From Bdellovibrionota bacterium (GTDB taxonomy: Bacteria; Bdellovibrionota; UBA1018; UBA923): a stretch of 17,286 nt of DNA. The stretch is from contig JBFMCE010000082.1 of assembly GCA_040754655.1 (NCBI GenBank), positions 1 to 17,286 on the forward strand, given 5' to 3'. The notes beneath the pieces were generated by a model. That model was not told the DNA's origin. It ran no database searches and worked only from the letters and a program-made list of their open reading frames with translations. This document shows positions 8,881 to 15,177 of this stretch, one piece after another (position 1 is the stretch's first letter; each line of letters starts with the position of its first letter). The position numbers were made by a program, and so were the translations under genes.

Positions 8881-9753
8881 TCACCAGCGCTCTCGCTGAG
8901 CATTCGGATTTGCCTTTTGCCATAACAAGCGCCCATCCTCTGATGAAGGATCGATCTTTTCCTTATATCCGCCGTTTCCCTTGGGCCCGATGGCGCTCTT
9001 TGGTTTACTGCTGCCTGGCTGCGGCACACGAATGTCTTTTGAGACAAAATCAATCGAGAGGTAACCCCCAAGTTTTATCCCAAAAGGAGCATGGGTTCCT
9101 GTTCCTTTGATCGTGACCAGGTACTTTGGAAAGAAAAGTTTTTTTAAATTAAAAGCCTCATGAGAAGAAGGAATCTCTAAAACTCCAGACTCTTCGTCCT
9201 CCATCGGCGTCTGGCACGGCGTAGGCGGATAGTCGTCTTCAGGCGCATCTTCGATGGTCATGTAAAAACCGCAAATGGGCTCATCGCTGGTTCGCGTGAA
9301 ATGGGCAACCCTGATTTGTGGATAGCCGTGATCCAGGCCATCCTCCGATTGTTTTTGTAGGCAGACTGACATCGATTCGATGAAGTTTGCCTGGATTTGC
9401 CCTGGCTCGCATTTCTCGAACGGCTCATCTGAAAGCAGGCGCTCTTCGATGGCATTTCCGTAGGCGTCAAAATCAGCCGGCACCAAGGTTCTCAAGGCAA
9501 GCGTATTCAGTGTAACCGACTCGATGTTCTTCGAGCTTTTAAAATCAAACTTTGGGGAAATCTCCTGTGACGGAAGGGTAAAGCCAATGAGCGAAAAAAA
9601 ATCTGATATTTTTCCTGGGGGCAGTTTTTGCGGCGTGATGGCGTATTTGTAATTTTTGCCACTGGCTCCTCCAGAGAATCCTGGAAACTGGCTACATCCT
9701 GAATTCGCCGCGACTACGGCCACTGCTAAGATCACTCGAAAAAAAATTCCCAT
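8881..9753 (-). CDS. Hypothetical lipoprotein
   Basis: Start reassigned to ATG 9753: AGGGGG just upstream, and this removes the overlap with the upstream gene. Gives MGIFFRVILAVAVVAANSG-C20, a lipobox-like signal, followed by a Gly/Ser tether. 290 aa. Confidence 0.75.
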   Translation of the reverse strand: MGIFFRVILAVAVVAANSGCSQFPGFSGGASGKNYKYAITPQKLPPGKISDFFSLIGFTLPSQEISPKFDFKSSKNIESVTLNTLALRTLVPADFDAYGNAIEERLLSDEPFEKCEPGQIQANFIESMSVCLQKQSEDGLDHGYPQIRVAHFTRTSDEPICGFYMTIEDAPEDDYPPTPCQTPMEDEESGVLEIPSSHEAFNLKKLFFPKYLVTIKGTGTHAPFGIKLGGYLSIDFVSKDIRVPQPGSSKPKSAIGPKGNGGYKEKIDPSSEDGRLLWQKANPNAQRERW

Positions 9754-9773
9754 GTTCCCCCTGAACACTGACT

Positions 9774-10562
9774 TCACTGGATGAACTCTGACAAATCCCA
9801 GCGCCATCCGATTCCCAAATCCCCAGAAGGGCCTTCCCAACGAGTGAGCTCGAGTGAGCCTCGGCGGTCGTTTCCGCCGCCGCTTTCGTCGACCTGCACT
9901 ACGACCCCGGCGCGAAAGGTGGCGAAGAATCCTCTGTCAGGATCGAGATAACGCACTCCCCATTGAAGAGAGGTCATATTGATCCATCGACCTTTGACCG
10001 AGATCCGAATATTATTCCCGTACATCTCATGAATGATCTCGTTGGCTTCTTGTTCTGTTCCTTCTAAAAATCGAAGGTGAGTGAATTTCATGGCGACAAG
10101 GCAGGGCGAGAGTTCCCATTCATAGCAAAAGTCGACGATAACCGAAGCTTTGGCAGCGAGCGTGTAGTCAAAAGTGGTTCCGCCTCCAAGTTCGAGGGAT
10201 ATCGGACCCGCACCAATTGAAGTCACGAGCGTCAGTCCTTCTGGCAAGCTCGCCTGAAGCTCAAATCCAAAAGGAACAGAGTAAAAGTCTTTCCGTCGGG
10301 TCTTGGTGTTCGAGTCCTCTTCTCTGATATCCGGTTTAGTGACGAGCGCTCTGGCTTTGGCTTGATTGACCTTTCTTTTGAATTCTTCCTGGTATTTTGG
10401 TTTTGCGATTTCCTTCAAAGTAGCCTCGACGAGGGCTTGAGTGAAATGACGCAAAACCATGCCTTGTGCGTGAGAGCCGTCCGCAAATGCAGGCGAAAAT
10501 CCTAAGAGGGTCCCTACGAAGAAAATAATGGCGGTATACGCCCTTACGAAAGTCCCGTTCAT
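9774..10562 (-). CDS. Hypothetical exported beta-strand-rich protein (possible outer-membrane barrel)
   Basis: From ATG 10562: signal peptide MNGTFVRAYTAIIFFVGTLLGFSPAFA. Alternating-polarity strands (FGFELQASL, SLQWGVRY, FFATFRAGVVV, LGIGWRW). The ORF-track start at TTG 10616 is less likely. Confidence 0.72.
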   Translation of the reverse strand: MNGTFVRAYTAIIFFVGTLLGFSPAFADGSHAQGMVLRHFTQALVEATLKEIAKPKYQEEFKRKVNQAKARALVTKPDIREEDSNTKTRRKDFYSVPFGFELQASLPEGLTLVTSIGAGPISLELGGGTTFDYTLAAKASVIVDFCYEWELSPCLVAMKFTHLRFLEGTEQEANEIIHEMYGNNIRISVKGRWINMTSLQWGVRYLDPDRGFFATFRAGVVVQVDESGGGNDRRGSLELTRWEGPSGDLGIGWRWDLSEFIQ

Positions 10563-10642
10563 TTTTACCCAACTATACCTTGGGGCTGCTGTAACTCGGA
10601 TTGTGCTGCTCGTCAAATTTTAGAGGCGAGCTGTGCAAAATC

Positions 10643-10671
10643 TTGCTCTAAGCGCCAGCCAAGAGTAGTTT
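10643..10671 (+). promoter_or_regulatory. Putative sigma70-type promoter for nadE
   Basis: TTGCTC (10643-10648), 17-nt spacer, TAGTTT (10666-10671), ending 8 nt before the ATG. Confidence 0.45.
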
Positions 10672-10679
10672 GAAGAGCA

Positions 10680-12392
10680 ATGCGTATCGCCATTTGTCAG
10701 ATCGGCACGGCTGTCGGGGCATTCACCTCGAACGTCGAAAAAATCCATGAGTTCCTCAAGAAAGCAGCGGAATGTCGCGTTGATATGGCTGTTTTTCCTG
10801 AACTTTGCGTCTCCTCTTATCCGCCGCTTGATCTTCTGGATCGTCCCGACTTTTGGAGGGCGAATGCCACGGCACTGGAAGCTTTGGAAAAAAAGTTTCC
10901 TCAGATTAAAAATCTTCCAGAAGCGATCGTGTTAGGAAGCCTCATTGAAAATCCCAAGCCTGTAGGCAAGCCCATTCAAAATGCCGCTATCGTCTACCAA
11001 AACGGAGAAAAAGTTCATCGGCAGGCGAAACGCTTGCTCCCGACTTACGACGTCTTTGATGAGTTTCGTTATTTTGAACCTGCGGACCAGAGCGTGTTGT
11101 GGAGTTCAAGGTGGGGAAAGATCGGGATTTCCATTTGTGAAGATGCATGGTTTGAAGACGAGCACGCCGGAAGGAGGCTGTACGAAAAAGATCCTGCGAT
11201 CGACCTTAGAGGGGCAGACCTGGTTTTGAATTTGAGCGCCTCGCCCTTTGAAGTGAATAAGCGCATGAGACGCCACGAGCTTCTGGCGCGCTTTGTAAAA
11301 CGCATCCAGGCCCCGGCGGTTTACGTGAATCAGGTGGGCGCCAACGATGAAATTTTATTCGATGGCGGAAGCCTATTCCTTTCTAAAGACGGTTCGGTGC
11401 AGTTCGAGATGCCAGCCTTTCGTGAAGGGATGGCCGTGGTCGAGATTGATCTTGGCAAAACGGCGGCGGTTCATCGTGCGGAGGTGTTTTCTTATGTGAG
11501 GGAATCGGATCAGAGCGCCCAGTGGGGCAAGATGGTGAAGCCCCCTTCGACTGATGATGAACTCGATCTCATCCACAAAGCGCTTGTTACGGGCATTCGC
11601 GATTATTTTCGCAAGACCGGTTTCAAAAAAGCCGTCCTCGGGCTTTCAGGGGGGATTGATTCAGCTGTAGTGGCTTGTCTTGCAGCGGAAGCTCTAGGAC
11701 CTCGAAATGTCTTGGGCGTTTCAATGCCAAGCCAGTTCTCATCTTCTCATAGCCTTGCCGACGCCGAAGGCTTGGCCAAGGCGACGGGAATCGAACATCG
11801 AACCTTGTCACTGAAATTTATTTATACCGCGCTCTTGATGGAGTTGAAGCCAGCGTTCATGGGGCTTGCGGCCGACGCCACTGAGGAGAATGTGCAGGCA
11901 AGGCTAAGGGGATTGATGCTCATGGCGCTCGCCAACAAACGTTGCGCGTTGGTATTGACCACGGGGAACAAATCCGAGCTCGCAGTGGGTTATTGCACTA
12001 CTTACGGAGATATGGCAGGCGCTCTCGCGCCGATTGGCGATCTCTATAAAACCCGTGTTTACGATTTGGCCCGTAGAATCAATTCGCGCCACTCTTGGAT
12101 CCCCGAGTCGACTTTAACCAAGGCGCCAAGTGCGGAACTTCGCCCCAATCAGACAGATCAAGACACCCTGCCTCCGTACGAGGTGCTGGATCATATTCTT
12201 GAGCTCTACTTTGAAGGCTTGGCTGACGAGAGTGAGATCATCAAAGCCGGCCATTCTGCTGAGCTGGTGAAAAAGGTCTTGAGCCTTGTGCGTACTTCCG
12301 AGTTCAAACGCAGACAGGCGGCACCCGTATTGAAGGTCAGCAGCAAGGCTTTTGGTTTAGGAAGACGTATTCCCGTCGCAAAGTCGTATTAG
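10680..12392 (+). CDS. nadE: Glutamine-dependent NAD+ synthetase
   Basis: N-terminal nitrilase-like glutaminase domain (FPEL, KRLLPTYDVFDE, ICED triad) fused to a synthetase domain (LGLSGGIDS, ENVQARLRG, TGNKSE, GYCTTYGD, PSAELRPNQTDQD, SEFKRRQ). Confidence 0.97.
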   Translation: MRIAICQIGTAVGAFTSNVEKIHEFLKKAAECRVDMAVFPELCVSSYPPLDLLDRPDFWRANATALEALEKKFPQIKNLPEAIVLGSLIENPKPVGKPIQNAAIVYQNGEKVHRQAKRLLPTYDVFDEFRYFEPADQSVLWSSRWGKIGISICEDAWFEDEHAGRRLYEKDPAIDLRGADLVLNLSASPFEVNKRMRRHELLARFVKRIQAPAVYVNQVGANDEILFDGGSLFLSKDGSVQFEMPAFREGMAVVEIDLGKTAAVHRAEVFSYVRESDQSAQWGKMVKPPSTDDELDLIHKALVTGIRDYFRKTGFKKAVLGLSGGIDSAVVACLAAEALGPRNVLGVSMPSQFSSSHSLADAEGLAKATGIEHRTLSLKFIYTALLMELKPAFMGLAADATEENVQARLRGLMLMALANKRCALVLTTGNKSELAVGYCTTYGDMAGALAPIGDLYKTRVYDLARRINSRHSWIPESTLTKAPSAELRPNQTDQDTLPPYEVLDHILELYFEGLADESEIIKAGHSAELVKKVLSLVRTSEFKRRQAAPVLKVSSKAFGLGRRIPVAKSY

Positions 12393-12443
12393 AGGCGCGT
12401 ATTGCCATGCGTGATTTTCGGGAATTCAGGAAAGGTGACTGAA

Positions 12444-12719
12444 ATGATTTTAAACGTTGCAAAGAAGATTTTTACTGAGATTGTGAGTCGCGCAGAAGAA
12501 TGTAGGGAGCGGCTTTCTTACGAAGCTATCCGGGTTCGAAAGCTTGCCCCGGTTTTGTTAAGGCTGGCCGTGTCTGAGCTGGAAGACCGCATTCATGATT
12601 GGATGCAAGCGAGGCAGACCTGTGAGCCTTTTCAGACTAAGAAGCAAAAAGCTTCGCATACGACGAAGAATTCACGGGTACGTAGGGTGAAAAGACGGAC
12701 GAAATCGAGATATAAGTGA
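12444..12719 (+). CDS. Small hypothetical protein with basic C-terminal tail
   Basis: ATG 12444 preceded by AGGAAAGGTG gives 91 aa (ORF track starts at TTG 12402). Helical-looking N-terminus and K/R-rich tail. No family recognised. Confidence 0.55.
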   Translation: MILNVAKKIFTEIVSRAEECRERLSYEAIRVRKLAPVLLRLAVSELEDRIHDWMQARQTCEPFQTKKQKASHTTKNSRVRRVKRRTKSRYK

Positions 12720-12725
12720 TTGATA
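12713..12725 (-). promoter_or_regulatory. Putative IHF-binding site
   Basis: Minus strand reads TATCAATCACTTA, an exact match to WATCAANNNNTTR, with AT-rich sequence on its 5' side. Confidence 0.45.
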
Positions 12726-12852
12726 TTTATGCGTTTTATGCGAAATACTTGGATCGTTTTGAAGCTTTTACTCGAAAGTCTTTGATCGCAAAGTGCGAGA
12801 AGCGTACTCTTGCTTGACGAAATCTGTTGTGTTAACTAACTGTTTCTTTTTG

Positions 12853-12878
12853 AACGCGGGAATCCCGCGTTTTTGTTT
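12853..12878 (+). terminator. Terminator-like hairpin in the infC leader
   Basis: AACGCGGG-AAT-CCCGCGTT followed by TTTGTTT, ending about 25 nt before the infC SD. Confidence 0.7.
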
Positions 12879-12918
12879 CGGTTTTAGTAAATAGAAATCA
12901 TTTGAGGAGGAACTCAGA

Positions 12919-13458
12919 ATCGCTGCTCCAAGCAACTCCCGCGACTCTGTCCGGGTAAATGAACGTATTCGAGGTGTGAGCCAGGTTCGTGTGATCGACG
13001 AGACTGGAAAAATGTTGGGCGTCTTTTTGATTCAAGATGCAATTCGGCTCGCTAAGGAAAGAGGTTACGATCTTCTAGAAGTATCGCCGACCGCCGATCC
13101 TCCAGTTTGCAAGGTGGCAGACTACGGCAAGTACATGTACGAGAAGAAAAAGAAGCAACATGATGCGAAGAAAAAGCAAGCCGTGATCAGCGTAAAGGAA
13201 GTCCAGCTGCGACCTCAAACGGAAGAACATGATCTCGATTATAAATTCAGGCATGTTCAGAGATTCCTCCAAGAAGGAGATAAGGCAAAGGTTTCGGTAA
13301 TGTTTCGTGGACGTGAAATCGCCTATGTTGAAAACGGTCGAAAACTACTCGATCGTTTGATCGAGATGGTGAAAGATTGCGGCACCGTGGAATCGCCTCC
13401 GAAACTTGAGGGAAAACGCCTTACGGTAGTGATTGCTCCGCTCCACAAGTCTTCGTGA
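12919..13458 (+). CDS. infC: Translation initiation factor IF-3 (non-canonical ATC start)
   Basis: SD GAGGAGG at 12904-12910, 8 nt, then in-frame ATC. The extension restores the conserved RVNERIR motif missing from the GTG-12976 ORF. Also PPVCKVADYGKYMYE, KEVQLRP and MFRGRE. Confidence 0.95.
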   Translation: MAAPSNSRDSVRVNERIRGVSQVRVIDETGKMLGVFLIQDAIRLAKERGYDLLEVSPTADPPVCKVADYGKYMYEKKKKQHDAKKKQAVISVKEVQLRPQTEEHDLDYKFRHVQRFLQEGDKAKVSVMFRGREIAYVENGRKLLDRLIEMVKDCGTVESPPKLEGKRLTVVIAPLHKSS

Positions 13459-13500
13459 CAAAAGCGGATATAAAGAGATTTAAGAAGGAGAAGTGCACAT

Positions 13501-13704
13501 ATGCCAAAGTTGAAGACCAAGAAAGCCGCTGCAAAACGGTTTAAGGTCACTGGAAAAGGTAAAGTAAAGTTTAAGCGCGCTGGAAAGAGGCACCAATTGG
13601 GCCATCGCAAAAGCGCAAAACGCAAGTTGCGCCTGCGAAAGGGAGGGTACGTTCATCCTTCAAGTGCTGGGCACGCGCTCGCTTGCGTTCCGTATCAAGC
13701 ATAA
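13501..13704 (+). CDS. rpmI: 50S ribosomal protein L35
   Basis: [29 protein letters not shown], position between infC and rplT. Confidence 0.97.
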   Translation: MPKLKTKKAAAKRFKVTGKGKVKFKRAGKRHQLGHRKSAKRKLRLRKGGYVHPSSAGHALACVPYQA

Positions 13705-13732
13705 GTCTAGGCAAAGTTTTAAGGAGTAAAGA

Positions 13733-14092
13733 ATGCCAAGAGCAAAACGGGGCTTTAAAGCCCGTCGTCGTCGAAATAAAGTTTTAGATAAAGCGGAAGG
13801 CTTCACACACCGTCGTAAAAATACCATCCGACGTGGTGCAGAGGCTGTAGACCGAGCAATGCGATATGCCTATCGCGATCGTCGCGCCCGCAAACGTGAT
13901 TTTCGTCAACTTTGGATCGCTCGTATCGGTGCGGCAGCCGTTTCAAACGGTTTGAACTACAGCACCTTGATCGCAAGGTTGAAGGAAGCGGACATTCGCC
14001 TTGACCGCAAGAGCTTGTCTGACCTCGCGATTTTTGATCCATCGGCATTTACAGCCGTCGTTCAACGCGCCGTCGGTACCGCAGCAGCATAA
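13733..14092 (+). CDS. rplT: 50S ribosomal protein L20
   Basis: YAYRDRRARKRDFRQLWIARI, YSTLI and LDRKSLSDLA motifs. SD AAGGAG. Confidence 0.97.
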   Translation: MPRAKRGFKARRRRNKVLDKAEGFTHRRKNTIRRGAEAVDRAMRYAYRDRRARKRDFRQLWIARIGAAAVSNGLNYSTLIARLKEADIRLDRKSLSDLAIFDPSAFTAVVQRAVGTAAA

Positions 14093-14127
14093 AGACGTCG
14101 TTCTGAAACGACAGAAACAGTCTTTCA

Positions 14128-15174
14128 ATGTCATCAGGCTTGATCGAGCAGATTGCCGGAGTTGAGTCGGAGTGTCTTAGCGCGATCGCGCGGGCGCAGT
14201 CGGCTGCAGAGCTTATTGAAGTTGAAAACAAGTTCCTTTCAAAGAAGGGAAATTTGAGTGAACTTCTGAAGGCTTTGCGCGACGTTGCCCCCGCGGATCG
14301 GCCTAAGGTTGGCGCGCGCGCCAACGAGGCGAAGACGAAGCTCGAACAAGCGATTACGACGAAGAAAGAACAGTTTGAATCGGTAGCTTTGCAAACGAAG
14401 CTGGAAAAGGAGCGCGTTGATTTCTCTCTCCCGTCGCGTCGCCTACCGGTTGGTTCATTGCATCCGATCACAAAAGTCACGGCGGAAATCGTTTCCATTT
14501 TTCGCCGCATTGGATTTGAACTCAGCGACGGCCCTGAGGTCGAGACGGAGTTTCATAATTTCGATGCTTTGAACATGCGCGAAGACCACCCTGCAAGGGA
14601 TATGCAAGATACGTTTTATCTTCCTCCTTCGCTGAAACCTGGCGTGGTGCTCAGAACCCACACATCGCCCGTTCAGATCCGTTCGATGCTTTCAAAGAAG
14701 CCTCCTGTGCGAATCCTTATTCCCGGAGCTGTTTTTCGAAGCGACTATGATGTGACTCATTCACCGATGTTTCATCAGGTTGAGGGGTTATACGTTGATC
14801 GCAATGTGAGTTTTGCGGAACTTAAAGGAGCTCTTCTGTTTTTCGCTCGAGAGATGTTCGGGGCTCAGACGCAAATCCGTTTGCGGCCCAGTTATTTCCC
14901 CTTTGTCGAACCCGGCGCCGAAGTCGACGTGACCTGCGTGATGTGCAAAGGCAAGGGTTGCAGGGTGTGCAAAGAGACGGGCTGGCTTGAGATCTTGGGG
15001 GGCGGCATGGTTCATCCCAAGGTGTTCTCAGCCGTTCAGTACAATCCGAAAGAGGTCACTGGTTTTGCGTTTGGAATGGGTGTCGAGCGGATCGCGATGT
15101 TGAAGTACGATATCCCGGACTTGAGGTTATTGTTCGAGAACGACGTGCGTTTTCTACGGCAGTTTGGAGTGTGA
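14128..15174 (+). CDS. pheS: Phenylalanine--tRNA ligase alpha subunit
   Basis: GSLHP, NFDALN..DHPARDMQDTFY, LRTHTSPVQIR, THSPMFHQVEGL, RPSYFPFVEP, GWLEILGGGMVHP, GFAFGMGVERIAML. Confidence 0.98.
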   Translation: MSSGLIEQIAGVESECLSAIARAQSAAELIEVENKFLSKKGNLSELLKALRDVAPADRPKVGARANEAKTKLEQAITTKKEQFESVALQTKLEKERVDFSLPSRRLPVGSLHPITKVTAEIVSIFRRIGFELSDGPEVETEFHNFDALNMREDHPARDMQDTFYLPPSLKPGVVLRTHTSPVQIRSMLSKKPPVRILIPGAVFRSDYDVTHSPMFHQVEGLYVDRNVSFAELKGALLFFAREMFGAQTQIRLRPSYFPFVEPGAEVDVTCVMCKGKGCRVCKETGWLEILGGGMVHPKVFSAVQYNPKEVTGFAFGMGVERIAMLKYDIPDLRLLFENDVRFLRQFGV

Positions 15175-15177
15175 CGC

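Noticed and set aside
9754..9840. Apparent 67-nt overlap between the two envelope genes
   Set aside because: Disappears when the lipoprotein start is placed at ATG 9753, which has an SD-like motif and gives a proper signal peptide.
14935..14973. CxxC-GKG-CxxC motif in PheS
   Set aside because: A common insertion in many bacterial PheS proteins, not novel.
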